A stretch of DNA of 60,270 bases, filler included, from Bipalium vagum (taxonomy: Eukaryota): assembly GCA_037834085.1 (NCBI GenBank). It is 3 parts of 3 records of this genome, joined end to end, with 100 filler letters (N's around TTAATTAATTAA, not from the genome) between each part and the next. Parts side by side here need not be neighbours in the genome. Positions count along the whole stretch, not along the records: positions 15,893 to 43,346 come from JBBMKC010086061.1; positions 43,447 to 60,270 come from JBBMKC010092042.1; 1 more part is not named here. One strand, 5' to 3'. Below the pieces are notes generated by a model. The model saw only the letters and a list, made by a program, of their open reading frames with translations. It was not told the DNA's origin and made no database searches. Position numbers and translations under genes: made by a program. This document shows, piece after piece, positions 41,830 to 54,981 of the stretch; the first letter of the stretch is position 1, and every line of letters starts with the position of its first letter.

Positions 41830-42290
41830 GTTGATTTTTTGGAAAAAAAATTAAAACATGACTTCATTTAAACAAAGCATAAAAAATCTAAATAAAGGTA
41901 AATTATTAAAAATAATAATCAAATAAAATTTCAACAGTTATTTTATTAAATAAAAAAATTTTGGTTTCAATAATAAAAAGTTTCGAAAAACATTTCGGAA
42001 TTTAAAATATTTTTTGTATAGATGAAAAAATGTTTTATTGCAATAGATTATATGTGACCCTAGAGAACAACCGCGAGATTGCGCCTGTGAAATATAATAT
42101 CTGCCCTGGTGTAATAAATTAATTCAGATTCCAGCGTAGACTAATTCACTTACTGAACAAGACATTAAATAAAAACAATTGACAATATTGTTTGGCAAAT
42201 GGAGTTTGTTTTATAAAGATCGTCTGGAAAAATGAATAAAAAGTTGTAATATTTTGGAGAAATATATTTTGAAACATCGTGAATATTTTA
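41830..42290 (+). mobile_element. Short mariner deletion relic
   Basis: DEKMFYCN (DEKW..Y.N-like) followed by a C-terminal-like FYKDRLEK ... YFE. Confidence 0.35.
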
Positions 42291-42559
42291 TGTTATTATT
42301 ATTATCCTGTTAAATATTTATTATAATTAATGTTTTTTTAATATTGGACTTGAAAAGGCATTAAAAAATAAAATAAATTCAAGAAATTTGGGTAAATATA
42401 TTTTTAATAATTTTTAACGGTCAAGAAAAAAAGGTAAAAAACAAACAAAATTAAACAAACGGTAATATACGATGCAATAATTAATAGAATTAAAGATTCT
42501 TTATACTTTATGAATAATTCTGTGTTCATCTTAAAAATATATATTTAATATAAAGTATG

Positions 42560-43260
42560 TGATTTAATGCGGTCCGTTTTTTAATACAAAAAATATTTTA
42601 TTGTGAAAAAACAAATACATGTACACTAATCAAATATTTTCCATCGTTTGGTATTACTTTTTCCCAGTTGTTGGAATCTTTGTCGGGAAAACGACTGTCT
42701 TTCGAAGTGATCGGTTCATTAAGCCATTTTTCTATTAACTTCTTAATTATTGAAATGTTACTGCGAAGGCGAAAAGCAGCATTAAAAATAATAATCATTC
42801 GCGGAAATCTCCAGTTAATACGGTGAGAAGGTAAGACATCCCAAACAAGATTTTCAAAGATGTCTTCAGTCTTTGCAACGTGAACCGAATTTTATCAAAC
42901 TGGAAAATAACTTTATAATAGTCTTTGCATATTCTGGTCGCTTACTTTTTCAATGCCCTTTTAAAATCTATCAATTATTGTTTTTAAAATTCAGTTTTTA
43001 AGTAATTTTGTAAAGTTTGGGTTTTTTAAAAATTTGTGATGTACTACACCCTTTTGGTCCGGTCAATGCATTCTTGTACTGAATACTCCGCTTTGTTTCT
43101 CATTGGTCTGAGTCAGATATCGATTTCATATCAATTAAATATAAAAGTAATTTCATTTTCTTCAGATATATATTATCTGAATCATTTGATTATATTGGTT
43201 AATCATTTGATTCAATCAAATAAATATTTCAACTTCCTTAAATTTGTCTCTTACGATTTT
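42560..43260 (-). mobile_element. Decayed mariner (Mos1/mauritiana-like)
   Basis: Minus strand: KGVVHH, KRPEYAK, WDVLP, KWLNEPITSKDSRF, WEKVIPNDGKY. Confidence 0.78.
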
Positions 43261-43346
43261 TAACCCATTATTAAGGAAAACCATTTATGTTATTGATTTT
43301 TAAGATATTAATATCCAAATGATTTCAATAAATTACAAAAATTTAA

Positions 43347-43446
43347 NNNNNNNNNNNNNNNNNNNNNNNNNNNNNNNNNNNNNNNNNNNNTTAATTAATT
43401 AANNNNNNNNNNNNNNNNNNNNNNNNNNNNNNNNNNNNNNNNNNNN
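43347..43446. other. Assembly gap with six-frame stop linker (44 N + TTAATTAATTAA + 44 N)
   Basis: Same structure as the gap at 15793. Confidence 0.95.
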
Positions 43447-44594
43447 ATTTTCACATTTGTATATTTTCACATCGCCATTTTTCAGGACGGAAAATGTGAA
43501 ATTATACAGTGTTGACTGTATAGACACAATTTGATGCCATTTTTCTTTTTTTCCATACCCAAATTAGTGAAGTATTCCATGGCAAATTGCATTTTTTATT
43601 AATCCGTTCTCAAATTAATTTTTAATTAAATATAGCAACTGTCTCCACGGTTTTGTGTTAATTGGCTCTCTGGTGGTTTTGATTTCGTGTTTTTTCAATT
43701 TATTAAACCTCAAGAATCTGCTGTGAATGCTTTTATTGTTTTTATATAACCTCCAACAGTTTCTTGTTTTCTGTGATGTCTAATATCTCCTCATATTCAA
43801 TAACTCTTTCAAACTTTGCTTCAGTGTCACGAAACTATACCATCCCATTTCCACTTGAATCTTCATTAAATAAATTTTGTTAAGAGCTCTGTCCCTACAA
43901 TGATATCTGGTGAAACCTGTTCTACTATCGTGAATGACATTGATTACTTCTACTTCTAATGTAAACATCAATTGTTATCTTACCTGATAAATTCATTGCG
44001 CTATCGTTAGCAGTCTTTATTGTGCGTCTACACTTGCATTCCTAAACTTTTTAGTTTTTGAAATGTTTTTGGACTCATTGAATTTATACTAGCTCCAATA
44101 AGTATTCCATTTCATAATCATGTATAATTGTAGTTATACTTGGTTTTCCTTTTATCATCATAATTTTTAAATTTCTCTACATCATCCTATTTCTAAATAG
44201 TTCCTGTTTCAAAGATTCAACAAAAAAAATTCTGCTTGTAGTTTCCATGTTAGCCACAACATTAAGAGAAAACATTTATTATAAAATTTATCGCTTCCAA
44301 AACTTCTAAGACCTGCCATTTTATATATAAGCTGCTTAAACGAAGAAATTCATTTATCTGATACATCAGAAATTTGCAAAATATTTTTTTTGAAATACAC
44401 ATTTTGAAACATGCATTATATGAAAAATATTTTGAAATAGCTTTATTTTGAAAAATCATATTATGTATAATACTAATAATAATGAAAATAAACATTCATT
44501 TATTTTGTGTATATACAAAATGTATTTCATTATCTTTTCATCCCAATATGATAATAATTGAAATAATATTAAAATCATGAATATTAAAAAGTGA

Positions 44595-45407
44595 AGAGTG
44601 GAAAATCTGAGACCAATTTACACCTAAAAAACAGTTTTAATACAATGCCTTTAGTAAAACCCAAAACTGTTTTGCTACCTCTATTATATATTAAAATATG
44701 CTTAATGAAAAGGTTTGAAAGAATTTCAAAAAAATTATGCTGCACTCCAACACATTGCTATAAAATTTAGGGAAGCAAAGTTAAAGGATGGCATATTCAT
44801 AGATCCTCAAGTTCGTCAACTGATTAAAAAAAGATTTTTCAATTTCAAAAAAATTATGCTGCACTCCAACACATTGCTATAAAATTTAGGGAAGCAAAGT
44901 TAAAGGATGGCATATTCATAGATCCTCAAGTTCGTCAACTGATTAAAAAAAGATTTTTCTTCAAAAATGACACCAGTGGAATTTAATGCCTGGAATGCAT
45001 CTATGGAGCAGGTGCGTAATTTCTTTGGAAATTACAAATCCGATGATTTTGAAAAGTAATAAAAAAGATTATCATAAAAAATAGTGAGGAACATGACGAA
45101 AGATTCCACAAGGACATTGGCAATGTGAATAACAGACATCAAGGCAACTAGAATGTCAGCATGATGACAGATTACTGTTGGTGCTTATGTCGTAGCACTG
45201 AAACGAAACATCGTACGAAGTCTCTGAAAAAATTGAAAATAGAATAAAATAAATTTTTGTTTTAATTAAGTGTTTTGCTTGATTTCTAAATTTTATTTTG
45301 GTTAAACCTCATGTGCTTGGGAAAAGGTTTGCAGCGACCAAAAAATTAGTATATTCATATAATCTCACCTCCGATGTCAAAAAAATAAAAATTGTAGACC
45401 ACTGTAA
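44595..45407 (+). mobile_element. Chapaev3/CMC-like DNA transposon deletion derivative
   Basis: EAKLKDGIFIDPQVRQLI, EFNAWNA...VRNFLGNYKS, SEEHDERFHKDI...RHQG...MMTDYCWCL. 3' end AAAATTGTAGACCCACTG. The family assignment is from memory of these motifs. Confidence 0.65.
44722..44959 (+). repeat. Perfect 119-bp tandem duplication
   Basis: 44722-44840 and 44841-44959 read identically. Confidence 0.9.
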
Positions 45408-45814
45408 ATTATTTAAAATCTGTTACTTCATGATTCACATGAAAAGGAACAATTTATGAGAAAAGCTGACCAATACAAATTAGGACATTGAATAACAATA
45501 TTTCTATTAATCAATATTCTTTCATTTAACTTAGATAATTTAATTTTAAAATGCTTTTTTCAAGCAGAATTAGAAAACTGATATTAATATTCAATATTCT
45601 CTTTTACAGTATTTTTTAAAATAACTTTTACACAAAAACTTTTAAAATAATTTAACCTTTTATTGGTAATTATTACAATACTAATATGAAAATATAGATA
45701 GATAAACTATCTCAGTAATAGTTAATTTCAGATAAGTAATCTTGTTTTAATATTCTTTCAACTGGCATGAATTTATTTTTTATTTTTAGTAGTTATTTTC
45801 AAATTTAATATTTA

Positions 45815-48800
45815 ATGTTACCTCAAAAAATATTTTCGATATCTTCTCGTTATAATGAGACATTTTCTTTTCATAAAAAAATTAGTTCTAAAACCGTTTT
45901 TGAAAATGCGCGCTTATTTAAGCTAAAATGTTTCTTTGTTTGTACCGCTACAGGAACAGTTATTTATTATTTCAATGTAATCTTAGTGGCTAAAAATTTA
46001 TATATTTTGTATAAATATGATCTAGGAAAGGATATTAAAAACAATACCGATTAAGGAAAAGCAGTTTAGTTATGTCAGTGAAATTTTTAATAAGCGCTCA
46101 AATATCTTGAAAAGTATACATGAACTCATTGAGTTAGAAAAAGTATAGAAATTGTTTATCTTTTTTTATTAATTAATTTTATTTAGATTCGATTCAATAC
46201 ATTAATGGAAAAGTTATATTTCAAATGTAAATATGTTGTACATTAGGTTGATTTTATTTTGAAATTCAGACATCGCTCCACCTCCTTTATTTCTTATGTC
46301 TAATGGAATGTACATTAGAGAGTATGATAAGGAATCAGCCATGGATAATTTTATGATGGTATCTAAATCTAAATAGTATATATGTATAAATATGATATTT
46401 GTATGCAGTCCAGTTACTTCAAAAATAAAGATGATGAGACATATGAGGGGAAATTGTTTGATCTTCAGGTGATAATGTGAATTTATATGTTTTGGACTAA
46501 ATATTTCTTAGGGATTTGTTTACGTTTATATGATTAAAATAACATTTGACATTTAAAACGATTTTAATAAAGTTGCATTTTCAAATCAAATTATTTTTAA
46601 TGAAATTTATCATTGAAGACTATTTTTAGTTTTGCTTTAAATGAATTGGTCAATCTCAAAAAACTATTTATTTACCTCATATAAAGTTCTAAACGGTGGT
46701 GCATTTGATAAGGTTTTCCTATTTCATTACTTTTTTCGTCAATTTATAAGTGTTACTAAATTTTGATCTGACAAAAATTTCATTTAAATATTATCACGAA
46801 TCATTAATAAATATTGATCTTTCACCCAGAAGAAAATAATCTTGTCTAGTTTGCTATTTTAATCATCGTTGAATGAATCATATAAATCATAGTATAATAC
46901 GGGGTTTCGTACAAAATCTGATCAGTTGACTTTTTTAGAATTTATTTCAAAAATTAAATTTGGCCTGGAGACTTAAAATAAATTATAAAATGAAGCTTGA
47001 ATGCCAATTTATATTTAAGAATATTTATTGAAACATTTCCCTCTGAAAATGAAAATCCATAAAATATTTTTCAACATTCATTCCAAACAATCAGAGACCG
47101 TTTACTATTTAATTGATTTAACGTAAAATTTTACAAATGATTATATTTTAAGTCAAACTGATTTGCTGCTTATCGAATTAGTGAATCTTTTGTGATCCGA
47201 GATTAATGTATTGGCATTTGCTCAGTCTGATGTTAAGCCTGTTGTTCTTCTGAATCCATAATAATTTATCACTATTACCATAAGTGTTGTTTATTTTTCT
47301 ATTTTATTTTGTCTTATTTCGAAAAATCAACTTGTTCTTTATTCAGACAAAACATACAAAAGAAAAAGAGAAACTGGAAAATGAGATCAAAGAACTTAGG
47401 AGGCAGATTTTAATCAATAGGCTTCATGAAAAGAAGAAGGGGCCGAAAATCAAGGTATTTTTAATTGAATCCTGCACATTTTTTCTGAACTGTTTTTATA
47501 GAACCGGTTTTAAAGAGATCCTAAAACGCGCTTTGTATTATTTAGATAAGATTAAATTGATGAAGTAGAAAATTCTAGATTTAAAAAGATTTTTAAATCT
47601 TATGTTTAAATTAAAAACTCATTCGGACCTTTTATATTTTGCTTTAAAATATACATGAAAAAGAAACCAAACTTTTCTATTCAGCTTATACATGATGCAA
47701 GTCGAAATTTCGGAAATAGCAACCTGAAATGAGTTATCAATACTGTGATACCTATTTCATAAACATCGATAATTTTACTTCTGTTTTTGATTTAAATATC
47801 ATTAACATTTTTTAATAATAAAAATAGTAATCTAAGCTTTTAATTTTATAATTAAATAATTGTGAGTGTATTTAATGTTTAGATCTGACACTTTTAAATT
47901 CCCAAAAAACATCTAGGTTAAATATTATATTTTTCTTCATGTTATTTTTTTCATTCTTAATTTTGTAAAAAGTATACCAAAAAAATATTATTTAAACAAA
48001 TTATCAAAACATATTACAGGATTATGCAGAAATATATAGAAAAATATTCAGAAATATATACTACAATATTCAGAAATATATTTCAAATAAAATATAAACG
48101 AGTGAAAATGTACACTAAATAAATTCTTGTCTCGCCAAGGCTTTTTCTATAAACCGCTCATGTCACCAAAATAACCACTGAAATCCATATCGTCGTACAT
48201 GAGTACTTGGGTAATCAATTCTTTTAAATCATCCCGATCTATAATAGTTCTCATAATAGTCCAAATCTCGGCGGATTGGTCTTAGGATATTTTTATTAAT
48301 GGAGGTTCGCTTCTTTCGACACAAATTATCATGCATCTTTATTTCATCTTCCATCTTATTTGATTTTTACAAATTTTGGTAAACAACAAATTCAAACAGA
48401 AACAATCGAATATTTTTTCTATATGTTTCTGAATAATTTTCTATATGTTTCTGAATAATTTTCTATATATTTCTGAACAATTTTCTATATATTTCTGCGT
48501 AACCCTGTAACATTTTTGACTTAGAATTTTATTTTTTTATATGAAAGTCTGGTAATCACAAATTCCAAATGTAGAAGTGGCATAAAATGAAAATTTGACT
48601 GTAAGTGAAATGAAAATTTTTTAAATTTTAAAAATTTATTTTTCTCGTCAACATCTAAATTGCATAGGTTTTCGTTTAACATTTTGTTTCAAATAATTTT
48701 TTACATAATTCTTACTTTTTCCTTCAAAATTATCTTTTACGTAAATCTTCGGTATAATATTATTTTCTTGACAAGTTAAGCTAATTAATTGGATTTCCTT

Positions 48801-51800
48801 TCGCTTTTAAATAGTTTTCTGTAAAATGATGTTTATTTCAAATTTATCTTAATAAATTATTCCATTCATTGTAAGTCTAAAAACAATAACTCCTTTCAGT
48901 TGCTATTTATAAATAATTATTGATCTCAATCTATTATAAATTTAAATTAATTATGAATCGATAATAAATAAAATAATTAAATTATGTCAGAAATAACATT
49001 AATTTAATGATCTACAAAATGTTCATTCCTTTCTATATTGTGAGTGTATAATTTTGTGATTATCATTTTAATTTCTTGATTGATGAAAAATGTTTAATGA
49101 AAATAAAGATATAAATACTTTGGTTTGAGTTTTGAAAAATAAATTGCTGTGGTTCACAAAATATTTTATTTAAGTAGCATGTATCGTGAAGATTATTCAT
49201 TTTTCCAAATTAAGAATATTTTTAAAAAGACTTCAGATTTATAATAATTCTGATGCAATAAACCAAAAATGTTATATAACATGAATTAAAACATACATTT
49301 TAAAACTATTCTTTTCTTTCTACAGAAGTCATTGATTGAAATGTACAGTGAAGTATTGGACGAATTAAGCAGTTACGATATGAATTATAGCACACAGGTT
49401 CGTTAATTTTCAATATATAAAACAAAAAGAGAGACATTTTTTGAAATTAAGGATTTTCTACCCAGAGTGATTGTTGTTGGTGAGCAAAGTGCAGGCAAAA
49501 CATCAGTATTGGAAATGATTGCTCAAGCGCGACTTTTCCCTCGAGGTGCCGGGACAATGATGACTCGAGCCCCAGTTCAAGTTACGCTTGCAGAAGGACC
49601 GTATCCGGTGGCTCGCTTCGATGGAGAAGCGGGTCCAGAATTTGATTTAAGCACTGAACACGGACGGACAGCCTTGCGAGCCGAAATAGAAGCCAGGATG
49701 AATTTTCTTGCTGCCAAGACAACGATATCGAAGCAAGTCATCTCTGTGTCGGTCCAAGGACCGAATGTCCACAGAATGGTACTTGTTGATTTGCCAGGTA
49801 TAATAAATACAGTTACAACTGGTATGCATGCCGATGCCAAAGATGCTGTCCATTCTCTGGTCAAGCAATATATGGGAAATCCAAATGCAATTATTCTTTG
49901 TGTGCAAGGTAGAGCAGCTTCTTCTTGTTTATTATTATGATTATTATTTATTTATTATTATTAAAATGCTCAATTTCATAGATGGAAGCAAAGATGCAGA
50001 ATCTAGTAGCATTGTAGACATGGTTTCAGCAATGGATCCATTGGGAAAGAGGACTATTTTTGTAATGACTAAAGCAGATTTAGCAGAATCTCAAATGTCC
50101 AATCTTAGTCGAGTAATTATATAATTTTTTACACGATAAAAATGTATTTTTAATTTTGTATTGTTTGGTGAAACTTATTTTTGAAATAAAATCGATCAGA
50201 TATGAAGTTTTTATATTTTAGAAAATAGGATTTTTCAGTTCATTTACTAAGAGTAATTCACGTAAAAAGTCTTTTATTAAAATCGATTGATAAAATGACT
50301 CAGGTCCTGAGCAATTATACACCGCGTTTATTGTTTCACCAGGTTGCTTGAAATGCATAATGCTCGTAGAATACCACCAAATACTTAACACTACCTTTTC
50401 CCAATGAATATTTCGTTTTTCAGTGATTCATGGTCTTAGAGAAAGTGAAAGTCATTACGATTGGTATTGACGCACATAACCAATTTCTCGTCACCAGTTA
50501 TAAAATTCAGTAAGTTTTCATTTTCTTGCTTGGAAAGGAGAATTTTCATATTGAAACACCCTTCTGTTATTTGCCATTGTTAAGTTCGTGAGGCATTCAC
50601 ATTTCTATCTTGCTTTCTTTACTCATCTTTAAATGTCGCGAATTGTTTCCATGGTGAATCATAACTATGAATTCCTTCCAACCAGTGTTTGACATGGATT
50701 TTTTTTAATCTGACTGTATAACGTCAGTATCTAGAATTAGCGAGCTGCCGGTGTAGGATCGTCTAAATTTCATATTTTAAATCGGTAAAACCATCTCTGA
50801 AAATTTCTGACATCACAGAATCCGAACAGATTTGGCTAGTTGATATTGCAGACTCTGAAACCGTTCGACGTTATGAAAATCGTAAATCATACAATGTTGT
50901 ATGTGATCTACATTTTGTATTTTGTTTGATCTGTTTATTGATTTAATACACAGTTTTCAAATTAGTCTAAAAATATTTAAGGTTTAAACTTATTTCATAA
51001 AATCGCCAAAAAACAAGTGATTTTGATATATTTAAACAATTTATTAATTGATTGAATTTGAATTGTTAAAAAAACGACATAATAATGTATCGACACAATG
51101 ATAAATTTAAACGAGATCTATAACCTTCAAATAGCGGATATTCCCATAATAATTTGAATCATTATGACTTCATTGATTTAAAAATTTTTTTTGAAATAAT
51201 CAATAGCGAATAAGTTTTGAATGTAATTTATGGAATTTTCATCTTCATTGTGAAGTACATAATTCATTTATTAATTGTTTTTAATTATTTTAATTATCTT
51301 TTTCTGATTGTATGATTGCATTAATTAAAAAATTTGTTTCTATCTATTTGTAAGCATTAAAATGTGGTTGGTGTTTTCTCAACTAATAGACATATTCTCT
51401 TTGCTCCACAGTTGAGTGTTGTACAAATTACTTTGAATTCATCTTCATTACTTTACGCTTCTTTGAGATATTCCGAGATCATGTTCTCTGTATTTCAACT
51501 TTGAAATTATGAGACAATTTCTTTGGTAATTAATAATATCATCCTCCTCATTTTCTGTAGTTCCTTATGATTTTTCAACTGGTATTATTCATTATTATCC
51601 CTCTTCTATTGCTTTTATTGATTATTTTATAGATATTAATATTGATTTGACACATTAACTTTTCAATATTGATATATTAAAATTTATTTACAGATTCGTG
51701 AAATTTTATCTGGGAAAGTCTTTCAGATGAGAGCTTTGGGATATTTTGCAGTGATTACGGGAAAAGGTCATTGACTTTTATTTAACTAATCTTAAAAGAA

Positions 51801-54800
51801 GTAAATAAATAACTTAGATAAATATTTTTTAAAATAATATTTCTTAATTTTTTATTTTATTGATTTTATATACATTTCCAGGTTTTATTAGTTTAAATAT
51901 TTATTGATTGCTATTGTGAATTAATATTTAATTAATCAATATGTTCGGCATGGAAATATTTAAATAAATCAATATATTTGAGATCTATAATTAATTTCTC
52001 TTAAATTTAAATTCAATATTTATTCTGTTCAACAATTTTCTTAATATATTTCTTTATTTTATATATTAAATATTTTTTAAAATCTTTAAAATTTTATTTT
52101 AATTATATCACTTAAAACACATTAGAAATACAACGATCCTTTCGATTTCACTTGTTAAGTTCTCTTCAGAAACTAACTGACTAATCCGCCAAAAAATGAA
52201 ATATGGTTTTTAAGAATTAAGCGAACTAGACGGGAGGTAAGCAAATTTGGCGGGGAAGGCAGATTAGAAGAAAACTGAAGAGATTTAATATCATTTTTTA
52301 ATTATAAGATTTTTTCATAAAATAAGTGTATTTGTCTTTTATTTGTATTTTTATTTTATAAATATTAAATATTTTTTTAATCCACATAAAAAATTATCAA
52401 ATAAATTTTGAAATATTTTTTCATTGTTTATTTCGTATTATATTTTCAATGAGGCGTATAATAAAATCAATAAATTTCGAATAAAATTTTTCAGTTACGT
52501 ATATCATTTACAAAATTATAGTAAAAAAATTATGGTAATATTTATAATGATTTACTTTATTTCTTTTGGAACAAAAGTCTAACATTTTGCAAAATCATTT
52601 TCAAAATAATAAATATTTTTCAAAAAAAATTTAAATTGGGCAATATTTATTTCTAGTAACAATTTTCAAATTTTTGATCAATAAAAAAGAAAAAAATATT
52701 TTTGTTAAATAATCTTTGTCATTCATAAAATAGTTATTGCTTACACAGTTTTTAAAACGTGCTTTAAAATAAAATTAATTGAAAAAATATTTTCTGATTT
52801 TATTTATTGAAGAAAATTTTAATTTCTCGGATCTTTTATTTTTTTCCCCCAACAATTATCTTTCCCGCTCCCCGCCACCAATTAAATTCTTTTCCGGATT
52901 TTTCCCCCAAATTAAAAAAAATTAATTATAAATTAATAATCTATTACTTGTGTATTCGCACGTGTTTTTGGGTATACAAAATATATGAATGGTTGACTTT
53001 CAAATGACGAAATCCAATCTTTTCAATATACAATAAGCTATCTATTGATCACTTATAACAATTTTGTCTCAGCATACACTTTTAACTATTGGTAGTAGAG
53101 TGTCTGCTTTTTTGTTTTCAACTACCTCTAGGTATATTTTTAATGGTTCATGACTGATATCTGCAGTTCCAAATACCCAGATTTCATCTTCAGTTGCACG
53201 GCCTGGATGATATTTAATATTTAAGCCTAAATAAAGTTTCATCAATCTGGCATATAATTCCTTGACGACCTAATTTACAAGGATTTACTGTGTAATAATT
53301 ATCACAACATTTTATTAAATCATCATAGAAGTCAATAAAAACTTTTTAATCAACATTAACTTAAGTGAAATCGATATCTCTCGAAAATAGAACCTGTTCG
53401 TTTGTTGATATATTTCTTATAATTGGCTTGGTGCAGTATTTACAACGTTAACATTGTTTTAAAACACTTTTGGAAAAAGGTAATTAACAATTACATCTGT
53501 TGTACCAGTACAGATTGTTTCAAGATTTTTCTGAAAAAATAAAATTGTCTTCTTTTTTTCCCCAGGGGAAAAAGGTAAAAATCCAATTTCTCATTTGTAA
53601 TATTTTTCAAAAAAATTTTCAGTCCTTATTAATTTTACGAAAAATAAAAAATGCTCCAAATTATTATTATTATTATTATTATTATTATTGCTATTACTTT
53701 AATATTTGTACAATTATTTCAACATTTTCGATATGATAATTTATTTTTGGATTTGATATTAATTTCTAACGAAGTCAGGCAATAAAGAAGAAAACATTGA
53801 AGATATTCAAAAGTATGAAGAGGAGTTTTTTGAAAACTCACAAATTTTTCGCAATGGAGCAATGGAAAAGCATCAACTCAGTACAACAAATCTCAGTAAA
53901 GCAGTCTCGGACAAGTTTTGGGAATTAGTTGAAGATGCTGTTGAACAGCAATGTGATATTTTTAAGGGTTGGTAAAAAAATTATCAATTATACCATAAGA
54001 TTTTCTGTTGTAACCGTGAATATTACTAAATAATTACTAATAAACTAAACCCTAAAAATCCTGTCCTAATCCTAATTATTGTATACATTTCTTGAGCATT
54101 AAAAGTGAATTTTTTCTTATTAAATATTTTTGTTTTCAGCTCATCGATTTAATCTTGAAACAGAATGGAAACATAAATTTAAAGGACACCGAGAATTGGA
54201 CAGAGTAGAGTTGTTCGAACGTGCTCGGGGAGAGATACTTGACAACTTGCAAATGTTCACTTTGATTGATGCCCACAAATGGCAAGACCATCTTTCCACA
54301 TCATTATGGGACCATATCAAAGAGGAAGTGTTTGAAAGTGTCTTTATTCCGGCTCATCAATTGACGTCAGCTGTGTAATTAATTTTATCTATATTTCTAT
54401 TGATTAATTTTTATATTCAAGAAAATTGATTTATTTAAAATTTAAATTTAACATGATTATCGATTACTATAACATTTTTTATTACCAAATATTGATTAAA
54501 TAAAAATTCAATGTGTACTAAAACCAATTGAGGAAAAAATTCTTGGAAAAATTCTTGGATTTGAATTATAATGCACTGGAGTATTTATCGATCTTATAAT
54601 TTTATGAATGACCGGTGTCTTGGGGTAATCTGCTTAATCGTCAGTTGAGAGACCTCTTCAATGTTTTCACTTCAATTATCAGGTAAAATATAAATAGAAA
54701 TCGACTGAAGAGGAATACAATGTAAAATTCCAAATTAAAATTCTTTGGTGTGGTTTTTTACTACAAATTCCCGTGCCAAATATAATAAATCTATAGCTGA

Positions 54801-54944
54801 TTTTTAATGAAATGACGTTTGACATAACTATATATGTAAAATGTCAATTTATTGATCTGTTATTTAATTATAACACTTTGTAATTTGTGAGCATTTTGTG
54901 AATCAGTTCGATAAAGTGGTCAAATTCTGAGAGGAGAATATCTG

Positions 54945-54981
<37 letters not shown>

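Noticed and set aside
42022-42122. Phase-compatible candidate last exon for SHIP
   Set aside because: DEKMFYCN and the downstream sequence look like a mariner transposase relic.
48410-48500. Short repeated units resembling a CRISPR array
   Set aside because: No unique spacers, eukaryotic context, and the units are MITE TIR sub-repeats.
52190-52910. GC-rich patches (GGCGGGGA / TCCCCGCC) in inverted orientation in an OPA1 intron
   Set aside because: The match is too short and imperfect to define TIRs or an RNA gene.
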